A DNA stretch of 64,000 nt from an uncultured Gemmatimonadales bacterium. Lineage in GTDB: Bacteria > Gemmatimonadota > Gemmatimonadetes > Gemmatimonadales > GWC2-71-9. This document shows, piece after piece, positions 27,242-36,093 of the stretch. Within the stretch, counting starts at the first letter, position 1; each line of letters begins with the position of its first letter. The DNA lies in the NCBI GenBank assembly GCA_963757525.1, contig CAVWRM010000001.1, forward strand, positions 1,463,125 through 1,527,124. Reading direction: 5' to 3'. The notes under the pieces were generated by a model that worked only from the letters and a program-made list of their open reading frames with translations, did no database searches and was not told the DNA's origin. The position numbers were made by a program, and so were the translations under genes.

Positions 27242-30200
27242 GCCCCGACCGTGTGGAGGAGCTGTTCGAGCGCGCCCGCTCGATGGGCGCCGAGGCCCGG
27301 GCCTCGTTCCTGGCCGAAGCCTGTGGCGACGATTCCCAACTGGAGCAGGAGCTGACCTCCCTGCTCGCCCACGCGGAGCCCGCCGAGTCGTTCTTTGCCG
27401 GGCTGGCCGAAGCCGTCGTCTCGCCCGCAGTCGGTCACGAGGTCGGCCACTACCGGCTGGAAGGCATCCTGGGAACCGGCGGTATGGGTACAGTCTATCG
27501 TGCCCACGACACTCGGCTCGACCGGATGGTGGCCCTCAAGTTTCTTCCCCTGCATCTCAGTGCCCACCCCGAGGCCCGGGAACGATTCCTGGTCGAGGCC
27601 CGCGCCGCGGCTGCCCTGGAGCACCCCAACGTCTGCAGCATTCATGAGATCGGAGACACCGACGACGGCCGGCCGTTCATCGCCATGGCCTGCTACGAAG
27701 GGGAGACGCTCAAGGAGCGCCTGAGTCGAGGCCGGCTGTCGCCCCGGGAGGCGGTGGATATCGCCGTACAGCTGGCCTGCGGCCTCGGCGCTGCGCACGC
27801 GCGCGGCATCGTTCACCGGGACGTCAAGCCGGGCAACATCATGGTCTGCGCCGATGGCACGGTCCGCCTGCTGGATTTCGGGCTGGCGAAGATGGCCGAT
27901 ATCAACCTCACTGGTCCCGGGGCGACGCCGGGCACCATCGCCTACATGTCGCCGGAGCACGCCCGCGGCGACGCGGTGACGCACCTGACCGATCTGTGGA
28001 GCCTTGGTGTCGTGCTCTACGAGATGCTCTCGGGGGAGCGCCCATTTCGCGGCGGCAACGACCGCGCCGTCATCCAGTCGATCCTCCACGATCAGCCGAC
28101 GCTTCCTCCACCTGCCAATGCCATCCCGCGCCTGCCCCGGATCGTGAAGCGCCTGCTGCGGAAGGCGCCGGAGGAGCGGTATCAGACGACGGACGAGCTG
28201 CTGTCCGATCTCGGACGGACGCATCCCGCAGGTCGGCTCGACGCTGCGGACGGCTGGGTGCGGACCCACCTCCGGACGCTCTCCGTGAGCGTCGCAGGTC
28301 TCGTCGTGGCGGTCGCGCTGCTCTTCCTGGTCCGGCCGGTCCACCCATCCGGGACCGCCGCGCCCCCACCCGGTGCGACGTCGCGGGCTCCCACCATCGC
28401 GGTGCTTCCGTTCACCGTGCGCGGCCCGAACCTCGACGTCTGGCGCGAGGGGATGGTGGATCTTCTCTCCCTCGGGCTCGACGGAGCCGCCGGGATTCGG
28501 GCGATCGACAGTCGCACGCTCCTCGCCCGCTGGCACCAGGAGATTGGGGACACCTCCGTCACCGATCTCGCTCGGGCGCTGGGCGTCGCTCGCCGGAGCG
28601 AGGCGCGCTATGCGCTGGTCGGCTCCGCGGTCGCGTCGGGACCGCGCGTCCGATTGGGTGGGGAGGTGTACGACGTCGCGAGCGGCAATGTCATGGGGCC
28701 GGTGCAGGTGGAAGGGCCGTCCGACTCGGTGCTGGCGCTCCTGGATCGCCTGGGCATGCAGACGCTCGGTGTCGTGCTGAAGAAAAATCCGGGCGAGCTC
28801 CCCGCACTCGATCTGGCTGCGGTGACGACCACGTCGCTCATGGCGCTCAAGGCGTACCTCGAGGGCGAGGACCACTATCGGCGCTCCGAGTTTCGCCAGG
28901 CGACTGAAGCGTGGGAGCGGGCCGTGGGAGCGGACCCTCAGTTCGCGTTGCCCCATCTCGGGCTGGTGGACTCGTATGCGTGGGAGGGTGACGACGGCCC
29001 GACGCGGGTCCCGCCGCATCTCGAGCGCGCCCGGAGACTGGCCGAACGGCTGCCGATTCGGGAACGCACGATGGTGCAGGCCCGCCTGGCGGTGTACACC
29101 GGTGATCCCGAGGCGGTTCCCACGATCCGCGAAGCCATCCGGAAATACCCTGACGCCGCCGAGGCGTGGTACGCGCTGGGAGAGGTGTATTTCCACCAGG
29201 CGCTGGCATGGGGTGGCCCGGAGGACGCGCAACAGGCCTTCCGGAGGGCGGCGGAGCTCCAGCCGACGATGGCTCCGTACCGCCTGCATCTCCTCGACCT
29301 GGCGTTCATCTGGAAGCCCGATAGCGCGGCTATCGCGCGCGAGCTCGAGGCCTATGGCCGGCTGGCCCCGGAAGCCGCCGAAATGCGAGCCGGCCGGATC
29401 GCGCTCGCCCTGGCCTTTGGTGACACTGGCGCCCGTGCTCGAGTCAGGGCTCGGCTCGCCACCCTGGATTCCCAAGCGGCGTTCGAGGTCTATTGCTTTC
29501 TGTTCCACCCTCGCTTCTCCGACCAGAGGGAAGCGGTCTTTCCGGCTCTGGACCCCCACTTCGGCGCGAGCGGGCGTGCCGGCATTCATGAGGCGCGGGT
29601 CCGGCTCCTCGGGCTCATGGACGGTCGGGTTCACGACGCGTTGGCCACGCTGGCCGATTCCTCGAACCCGAGCTCTGTCGGGTACTGCGGCCCCCTGTAC
29701 CTGTCGGTGCGGGGAATGCCCGTGCCAGAACGGACGCTGCGGCAAAGCCTGGCTGCCGCCCAGGCGGACCCGTCGCTGTTCTCCACTCGGCTCGCTGCAA
29801 CCTGTGCCACTGCCACCGCGGCACGGCTGGGCGATTGGAAGGCCTACCGGGCCATGCTGTCCCGCATGCGGGAGAACGCGGCCCGTCAACTGGCCGCCGG
29901 CGACAGTCACGGCGCCAGGCGGTGGGACTGGGCCGTCCACGCCTCCGAGGCACATGGGCTCTGGCGCCGTGGCCGGAAGGCGGAGGCCCTGCGTGCGTTC
30001 GAGGGCACGCTTGCAGGAGATCAGGGCTGGTTCACGCTCTGGAACGTGGGCCAGCTCTCGCTCGAGCTCGGCCGACTGGACCAGGCCGAGCGCGCCTTCC
30101 GGACGCTCTGGCGACAGGACGGGACCCCGTCCTACCTGCAGCTCGCCCGGATCCTTGAGCGGACCGGCCGGCGCGCCGAGGCACTCGAGGCCTACCGGTT

Positions 30201-30300
30201 CGTCGCGTACGCCTGGCGCCATGCCGACCCCGAGCTGCAGCCGCAGGTCGAGGAGGCGCGCCAGGCAGTCGTGCGGCTGTCAGTCCCCGCCGCCCCCTGA
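27238..30300 (+). CDS. Ser/Thr protein kinase with a TM segment, a periplasmic module and a TPR-like C-terminus, coupled to the ECF sigma
   Basis: GTG 27238 overlaps the sigma TGA (GTGA). The N-terminal region ..FLAEACGDDSQLEQELTSLL is shared with 8473 and 57945. Kinase motifs: GTGGMGTVY, HRDVKPGNIM, DFG, GTIAYMSPE. TM helix VAGLVVAVALLFLV. Confidence 0.85.
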   Translation: MSPDRVEELFERARSMGAEARASFLAEACGDDSQLEQELTSLLAHAEPAESFFAGLAEAVVSPAVGHEVGHYRLEGILGTGGMGTVYRAHDTRLDRMVALKFLPLHLSAHPEARERFLVEARAAAALEHPNVCSIHEIGDTDDGRPFIAMACYEGETLKERLSRGRLSPREAVDIAVQLACGLGAAHARGIVHRDVKPGNIMVCADGTVRLLDFGLAKMADINLTGPGATPGTIAYMSPEHARGDAVTHLTDLWSLGVVLYEMLSGERPFRGGNDRAVIQSILHDQPTLPPPANAIPRLPRIVKRLLRKAPEERYQTTDELLSDLGRTHPAGRLDAADGWVRTHLRTLSVSVAGLVVAVALLFLVRPVHPSGTAAPPPGATSRAPTIAVLPFTVRGPNLDVWREGMVDLLSLGLDGAAGIRAIDSRTLLARWHQEIGDTSVTDLARALGVARRSEARYALVGSAVASGPRVRLGGEVYDVASGNVMGPVQVEGPSDSVLALLDRLGMQTLGVVLKKNPGELPALDLAAVTTTSLMALKAYLEGEDHYRRSEFRQATEAWERAVGADPQFALPHLGLVDSYAWEGDDGPTRVPPHLERARRLAERLPIRERTMVQARLAVYTGDPEAVPTIREAIRKYPDAAEAWYALGEVYFHQALAWGGPEDAQQAFRRAAELQPTMAPYRLHLLDLAFIWKPDSAAIARELEAYGRLAPEAAEMRAGRIALALAFGDTGARARVRARLATLDSQAAFEVYCFLFHPRFSDQREAVFPALDPHFGASGRAGIHEARVRLLGLMDGRVHDALATLADSSNPSSVGYCGPLYLSVRGMPVPERTLRQSLAAAQADPSLFSTRLAATCATATAARLGDWKAYRAMLSRMRENAARQLAAGDSHGARRWDWAVHASEAHGLWRRGRKAEALRAFEGTLAGDQGWFTLWNVGQLSLELGRLDQAERAFRTLWRQDGTPSYLQLARILERTGRRAEALEAYRFVAYAWRHADPELQPQVEEARQAVVRLSVPAAP

Positions 30301-31506
30301 CGTTCCCAGAATCTTCCACGACGTCGCCGCCGACTGATTCAGCAGCCAGCTGGCCGCCGCGCGGTCGCCCGCATAGTCGGCCCACGCCGCGATGTCCAGC
30401 GTGGTCTGATTTCCCAGCCAGCCGGAAGACTCGTCGAGAGCCACGAGCGGATCGCCCGCTGTGGCCGGCAGGCGCAGCGCCAGCGCGGTCTGGATCCATG
30501 AGACATTCGCGGCGTTGCCCTGGGCGGTCGCTTCTGCGTGCTGGACGCCGGGCTCGACGGCCAGGGCCCACAGGCCGCCGTGAGACCGGTTGGCGGAGAA
30601 CGTCGCTTGAACCGACGCGTTGACCGTGGGATTGTCCTGTCCCGACAGCATCACGAACGTCGGAACGGCAAGGACGGAAGGGTCCGTGATCCCCGGAACA
30701 CTGGTCGGCACGCGTACCAGCACCCCGACCGTGCGTGTGGGAGCCCGCGACGCCAGCCCGATGGACTCCTGACCGCCTGCGTCGAGCCCGAACGTCAGGA
30801 CGGGCGCATCCGTCAGCTCCGCATGCCCGCTGGCTTCCCCCGCGCTCGCGAGCGCGCTGAAGAGCGCGGCGTCGCTGGCGCCGCTGTTCGCCAGGCTGTG
30901 TATCGTGGTGCCGAGCAGTGCGACGCGCGACGTTTTCGCCAGCGTTCGAAGACTGGCGCCCAGCGCCTGCAGCGATTGCTCGAGGGTCGGGTTGCCCGGC
31001 TCCAGGGGGCCGCCGGTTACGAATCCACTCGTGGTCACACCACCCCCGAGCGAGATGATGGCGCCCCGCAATGGTCCGACTCCGGCCGGCACGTAGATCG
31101 AGTAGGAGCCGAACGTGAAGATTTCCTGCGCCGTTAGCGCGAAGTCGTGGGTGTTCGCGCCTGCGCTGATCGTGACAGCCTCCTCCGACGCCATGTAACC
31201 GGGCCGAGTGGCACGGACAGTGGCGGTGCCCACCGAAAGCTCCGTCAGCTCGTAGTGCCCATTCTCGTCACTCATCGCCTCGCGAGTGCCGACCGAGACC
31301 GTGGCATCCGCGAGCGCCGCCTGGGACTCCACCGCCCGGACCACTCCCGAGAGTGTGCCGCTGTTTTCATCCGGCCCCGGCCCAGGGCCACCGCAGGCGG
31401 GCAGGAACAGGAGAGTCAGCGTCGCGCCCCCGAACGTGAGCCGGCGCGCGATCGCTCGCGCCCGGTACCCCAGGGTGGGTCGAGGTGGGAAGTGACGTGT
31501 GGACAT
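30280..31506 (-). CDS. Lipoprotein with an N-terminal carboxypeptidase-regulatory-like domain
   Basis: Lipobox LFLPAC. Beta-sandwich-like LSGVVRA..ADATVSVG..DENGHYELTELSVGTATVRATRPGY. The 3' end overlaps the convergent kinase by 21 nt. Confidence 0.6.
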   Translation of the reverse strand: MSTRHFPPRPTLGYRARAIARRLTFGGATLTLLFLPACGGPGPGPDENSGTLSGVVRAVESQAALADATVSVGTREAMSDENGHYELTELSVGTATVRATRPGYMASEEAVTISAGANTHDFALTAQEIFTFGSYSIYVPAGVGPLRGAIISLGGGVTTSGFVTGGPLEPGNPTLEQSLQALGASLRTLAKTSRVALLGTTIHSLANSGASDAALFSALASAGEASGHAELTDAPVLTFGLDAGGQESIGLASRAPTRTVGVLVRVPTSVPGITDPSVLAVPTFVMLSGQDNPTVNASVQATFSANRSHGGLWALAVEPGVQHAEATAQGNAANVSWIQTALALRLPATAGDPLVALDESSGWLGNQTTLDIAAWADYAGDRAAASWLLNQSAATSWKILGTSGGGGD

Positions 31507-31663
31507 GCCTGTCTCCGGGCCGGGGTGATCCGCGGGGATCCGCTGTGTCTCTGTTACGACAAAACGCCCGGATACGGCTCATGGACCCGCGAAACCTCCG
31601 TTCCTTACCACCCGTCGTTCGAAGCAGCCAACCGCAGCCGCCGGCAAGCTCGCCTGGCGGCCG

Positions 31664-32035
31664 ATGGAGGGGACCCGCACGTTCCGGGAGGTGTTCGCTC
31701 ACGTCGCGGCGGAGGGGAATACCGAGACCGCGATGTTCGGCCGACCCTTGCCGGCCGGGTCGCTGGCCGATTTCGACGCCGAAGAGGCACGGCTGAAGAA
31801 ACTCCCCGACGATCAGCTGATCGCGGCGATGGACCGCGGAATGCAGAGCCTGAGCGCCACGATGGACGGCCTGTCGCGGGCGACGATCAACACGCCGATC
31901 ATGTACTACGGGGAGAGCACTCTGCCCCGCCCGGCGACGACCTACACCCTCAACGACCTGCACGAGCATCTGGGCCAGCTGGTGGCGTACGCCCGGATGA
32001 ACGCGATCGTGCCGCCGTGGACCGGGAAGGCGTGA
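31664..32035 (+). CDS. DinB-family protein, apparently lacking its first helix
   Basis: RTFREVFAHVA and HEHLGQLVAYARMNAIVPPW are DinB-like. At 123 aa it is shorter than typical members. The frame stays open upstream to 31529 but contains no ATG, GTG or TTG. Confidence 0.55.
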   Translation: MEGTRTFREVFAHVAAEGNTETAMFGRPLPAGSLADFDAEEARLKKLPDDQLIAAMDRGMQSLSATMDGLSRATINTPIMYYGESTLPRPATTYTLNDLHEHLGQLVAYARMNAIVPPWTGKA

Positions 32036-32141
32036 GCTAGGGGTGGTAGGCCGATCGATCCCAACTTCGATCCGTTGCGGAAGAATCCGCGGTTCGTGAA
32101 GCTGGTGGAGGGGACGGCGTGACGTCTCCCGGGCCCGATCC

Positions 32142-32708
32142 CTACCTACCCCGCTGTATCGCCGCCCCCAACTCCTTGTAGGCCGAGGCGTCCACTTCCC
32201 GGAACGGAATCGCCCGGTAGCTGATCCGGCCGTCCGGCCCGACCACGAACAGGTTGCGATTGGTGAGACCGGGCTCGTCGGCCAGGGCTCCGTATTGCCG
32301 GGCGACAGCCAGCGCCCTGTCGCTCGCGAACAGGAACGGGTACTCCTTGTCGCGCGCCCAGGAGGCGAGCGCGGTGTCGGGGTCGGCGCTGATGGCAATC
32401 AGAACTACCCCTCGGCCGTTCTTGAAGATCGTCGCGTACTGATCACGGTACGCGTCCATTTGCACCGTTCAGCCACCGGTCCTGGCTTTGTAGAAGAACG
32501 CCAGCACCACCGTCTTCCCCTTGAAGTCGGAGAGCCGGACCGGCTTCGCCAGGACGCCGTAACGTGTGGCACCGAGCAGGCTGAAATCGGGCGCACGAGC
32601 GCCGATCTCGAGGGGACGCGCGGGGTGGGTCGTTTCCTGCGCCCCGAGTGCGGCCGGGACGAGGACGAGACCGGCGCTGACGATGAGGGCGAGCGACAGC
32701 GGCTTCAT
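32142..32708 (-). CDS. Secreted AhpC/TSA (BCP-like) peroxiredoxin with an in-frame TGA at the peroxidatic Cys position (candidate selenocysteine; alternatively a nonsense pseudogene)
   Basis: ATG 32708 preceded by GGAGGG, with signal peptide MKPLSLALIVSAGLVLVPAALGAQ. Sequence reads APDFSLLG..FKGKTVVLAFFYKARTGG-[TGA 32469-32471]-TVQMDAYRDQYATIF..VVLAISADP..PFLFASD..RNLFVVGPDGRI. The stop replaces the C of the family T-x-x-C motif. Track ORFs 32469.. and 32142..32465 are contiguous in one frame. Confidence 0.6.
32433..32454 (-). promoter_or_regulatory. SECIS-like hairpin downstream of the in-frame UGA
   Basis: mRNA sequence CGCGUAC-CGUGAUCA-GUACGCG forms a 7-bp stem with an 8-nt loop containing GU. 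The stem starts 14 nt after the UGA. Confidence 0.4.
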
Positions 32709-32851
32709 ATGCCCTCCGTATGATGAGCGAGCCTGAATATACGCCGGATGCACCCAGGGAAAACCCCGAGGACGCGGCCGCCGAGATCGAGGTGCAAGGC
32801 GCCCGCTATTCGGAAGGCTCGCAGCGGATGATCGACCGCTGACGGCCGTCG

Positions 32852-35800
32852 CTACGGCACGACCGGCTGGTACTTGTCCAGCCAGGCGAGGCTCTCCTGA
32901 ATCAGGCGCACCCGGGGGACAAAGTGACTGCCTTCTCCGATGATGTGACGCTTCTGCTCGGCCGGGGTGCCCAGGAGACGGAACATCGGGACTTGTGACG
33001 TCTCGATGGGGAAGTAGAAATCGTAGCGGCCATTGATCATCAGGGTAGGAATCCGGATCCTGGGGAGATAGTTGATCGGGTCCGCCTCTGGCCGGACCGG
33101 GGGGAAGTCCAGGCCGGCCACCTCGAGCACACTCACGCGGATACGCGGCTCCACAGCCGGCATCAGCCCGCCCATTTCGCCGCCCCAGCTCACACCGTAG
33201 TAGGCGAGTCGCTCCGTCGAGACCTCCGGCCGAGTCTCCAGGTAATCGATGCCCCTCCCCAGGTCCTTGGCCCACATGACGACGTGGTCGCGATAGAAGA
33301 TGGTCGAATCCTGGGTGTCGCTGGCGAGGGAGTCGTGCCGCTGGTAGGTGCCCTTGTATATCGGGTACAGCACAGCCCGGCCGCTCTTGAGTATGAAATC
33401 GAATTGGCGCGTCGCCCCCGCCTGAAGCGCGAGGTCGTAGATGGCGTTTCCCGCCGGGAAGAAGACCACCGCGGGGAAAGGCTTCGTCCCCCGTTTGGGG
33501 AGATAGAGGTACACCAGCAGGCTGTCGTCGGCGTAGCCGGCGTTCAGGCGGACCAGCTCCCGGGTCCAGGCTCCCTCGTCCACCGTTTCGATCACCCGGG
33601 GGTCGAGCGGTTTTCGATCGTACTCGTACATCTGACGGTAGATGGCGAAGACGGCGTCGCTCACCGGCTGCACCCGGAGAAAGTCACGCAGTCTCCGCGT
33701 GAGCGGCGCGGCCGCCCGCGCCAGATTCGAGTCCGTCGCCATGTATCGGACCAGGCGAATTCCATTGGCGGGCGATCGGTCGAAGGGAGCCTGGGTGTAG
33801 GAGTCGTTGAACAGGTACGGCGGGTCGTTCCAGCCGCCGCCCAGGATGAAGCGCTGGGCGCCGCTGGCGTTCAGGCACCACTCCCGCACGTTGCCGGCCA
33901 TGTCGTAGGTACCGAAGGCGCTGACGCCCCGGGTGCTGCCGATGGGAACCGTCCCATGGCCCGAAAAGTTGCTGGCTGGAACGATCCAGGCACTGTTGCG
34001 CAGGCTGGCGGCCCGGTTCCAGTGGGCCACACTGGGCAGCGACTTGCCCTCAAACCGGGCGAATGCCATTGCCTCGAACCAGCTCACCCCGCCGACCGGA
34101 TCATTGTCCTTGCCGGGCAGGTACTCTCCTGCCTCCCAGGTGGAGGGGCCGGTCCGCCCGGTTCGATCGGTCATGAGCTTCATGGCCTGCCCCCACGGGA
34201 TCGTGCGGCCATCCTTCACGAGCGGCTCTTCCCACAGCTCCCGGCGCCGGTATCCCCCGCTGTCTACGAACCGCTTGAAGTCGCGATTGGTGATCTCGAA
34301 TCGGTCCATCAGGTAGTCGCCCAGCACGATCGGCTCGACATTCTCGAACCCCGGATATTGAACGCCGAGCCTGCCTCCGGCGATGCGGACCATCTCGGGC
34401 GGGATCGCACCGTCTCGACTCAAGGCGATCACCGAATCGCCGAATGGCAGGCCGACCAGGTCCAGCGTTCGGTAGCCCGGGGCCCGAATCCTCAGACGGT
34501 TGGCATCGAGAAACTGCCCGCCCGCTCCGCTCAGGGCCACCAGTGCGCTATCGAGCGGCGTGCGCCCAAGAAGGACCCACGTTGACTCAGGCGTGTCGTA
34601 GCCCTTCCGCCAGACCTCGGCTCCCGGCGGTGCCGTTCGGATTCGGTAGCGGCGGGCGAACCTCGGCCGCAACGCATCGAACAAGGAATCGGGTCCGAGC
34701 CTGGCCTCGACCTCTCGGGCCAATTGGTAGGCCGCTTCCCACTCTCCGGATTCGGCCAAGGTCAGGAGCTGCGGTATGGCTTTGTCGTGCGCCCAGGAGC
34801 GCTCCCGCGCTCGGTGTCCCGGGCCGGCCCACAACCATCCGCCCATCGCGACCGTCAGGACTGCCGCGGCGATCGCCGCACGGCGTCGCCGAATCGACCT
34901 GGCGCTCCCAGCAGGGCTCGCGGCCGTCACTCCGCCGCCTGGCGTGGCGAAGGCCTCGAGCTGCGCCAGCAGCTCCTCGGCCGACTGCCAGCGGTTCTCC
35001 GGATCCTTTTCGAGGCAGCGCATGATCGCCGCCGCGAAGACGGGGGCGACGTCCGGACGGAGCGGCCCGAGCGGCGCCGGGGTCCGGCCAATGTGCGCCC
35101 CCAGGATGACCTCCGGCCTCTCCCCCGTGAACGGCGGCTGCCCGGTCAGCATCTCGTACCCCAACACGCCCACCGCGTACAAGTCGGCTCGACCGTCTGT
35201 CCCCATCCGACCCGTTGCCTGCTCGGGAGCCATGTAGGCGGGAGTGCCGATGGCCAGGCCCACCATCGTGAGGGTGCCGCCGGCGATGGAGTCCCCGGCT
35301 TCACTGGCGGCTCTCGCCACGCCGAAATCCACCACCAGGGCGTGCCGTCCCCTGAGCATGATGTTCTCGGGTTTGATGTCCCGATGGACGATCCCGTGCC
35401 GGTGAGCCTCCGCCAGCGCGTCGAGCACGCTTCGCAGGATCGATGCGGTGTCGCCCGGCGACAGCGTGCCTTCCCTGGCCAGGCGACTCCGGAGGCTTTC
35501 CCCATCCACGTAGGGCATCACGTAGTAGAGGAGGCCGGGTCCGTTCCCACCCGGTCCGGGGACTTCGCCCGAGTCGATCAGCGTCAGGACGTGCGGGTGC
35601 TGCAGATGGGCGGCGATGCGAATTTCGCGAAGGAAGCGCTCGGGGCCGAGCGCGGCGGAAAGTTCCGGATGCAGGACCTTGAGGGCGACGGAGCGATCGT
35701 GCCTCAGGTCGTGCGCGAGGAAGACGGTGGCCATGCCGCCGCGGCCGAGCTCACGATCCAGCCGGTAGCGGTCCGCAAGAGCACCCCGTAGACGTGCGAG

Positions 35801-35890
35801 CAGGTCGGACAAGTTGGCTTTCGAGGGGGTACTGAAACATGGGTGGGCGCCGAACGCCCGGCTAGTCATGGGGTGGTGAATGCCGATCAT
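32852..35890 (-). CDS. Ser/Thr protein kinase fused to an FGE/SUMF1-type domain and a C-terminal alpha/beta hydrolase domain
   Basis: Kinase motifs: GRGGMATVFLAHDL, HRDIKPENIM, DFG, GTPAYMAPEQ. TM helix AAIAAAVLTVAMGGWLWAG. FGE-sulfatase-like segment: GGVSWFEAMAFARFEGKSLPS..WNRAA..YDMAGNVREWC. Hydrolase elbow GVSWGG and distal GSHF. The start may be ATG 35869. Confidence 0.85.
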   Translation of the reverse strand: MIGIHHPMTSRAFGAHPCFSTPSKANLSDLLARLRGALADRYRLDRELGRGGMATVFLAHDLRHDRSVALKVLHPELSAALGPERFLREIRIAAHLQHPHVLTLIDSGEVPGPGGNGPGLLYYVMPYVDGESLRSRLAREGTLSPGDTASILRSVLDALAEAHRHGIVHRDIKPENIMLRGRHALVVDFGVARAASEAGDSIAGGTLTMVGLAIGTPAYMAPEQATGRMGTDGRADLYAVGVLGYEMLTGQPPFTGERPEVILGAHIGRTPAPLGPLRPDVAPVFAAAIMRCLEKDPENRWQSAEELLAQLEAFATPGGGVTAASPAGSARSIRRRRAAIAAAVLTVAMGGWLWAGPGHRARERSWAHDKAIPQLLTLAESGEWEAAYQLAREVEARLGPDSLFDALRPRFARRYRIRTAPPGAEVWRKGYDTPESTWVLLGRTPLDSALVALSGAGGQFLDANRLRIRAPGYRTLDLVGLPFGDSVIALSRDGAIPPEMVRIAGGRLGVQYPGFENVEPIVLGDYLMDRFEITNRDFKRFVDSGGYRRRELWEEPLVKDGRTIPWGQAMKLMTDRTGRTGPSTWEAGEYLPGKDNDPVGGVSWFEAMAFARFEGKSLPSVAHWNRAASLRNSAWIVPASNFSGHGTVPIGSTRGVSAFGTYDMAGNVREWCLNASGAQRFILGGGWNDPPYLFNDSYTQAPFDRSPANGIRLVRYMATDSNLARAAAPLTRRLRDFLRVQPVSDAVFAIYRQMYEYDRKPLDPRVIETVDEGAWTRELVRLNAGYADDSLLVYLYLPKRGTKPFPAVVFFPAGNAIYDLALQAGATRQFDFILKSGRAVLYPIYKGTYQRHDSLASDTQDSTIFYRDHVVMWAKDLGRGIDYLETRPEVSTERLAYYGVSWGGEMGGLMPAVEPRIRVSVLEVAGLDFPPVRPEADPINYLPRIRIPTLMINGRYDFYFPIETSQVPMFRLLGTPAEQKRHIIGEGSHFVPRVRLIQESLAWLDKYQPVVP

Positions 35891-36093
35891 TAATCGTCGA
35901 CGTCGCGCCGGGCTCAGGCTCGCCTACCGTCCTGTCGCCTGGGACAGTGCCCTCGCGGCCGCCGTGCCCCGCGCGAGCGCCGCGGCCGACCGCGCCGCCT
36001 ACTCCGACGAGTACCCGTGTGTTCGTCTCCCCACTAGCTTGAACAGGTTGGGGGATTCACCCCGCGACCTCTGTTCCTAGCCCAAGGATCGCC

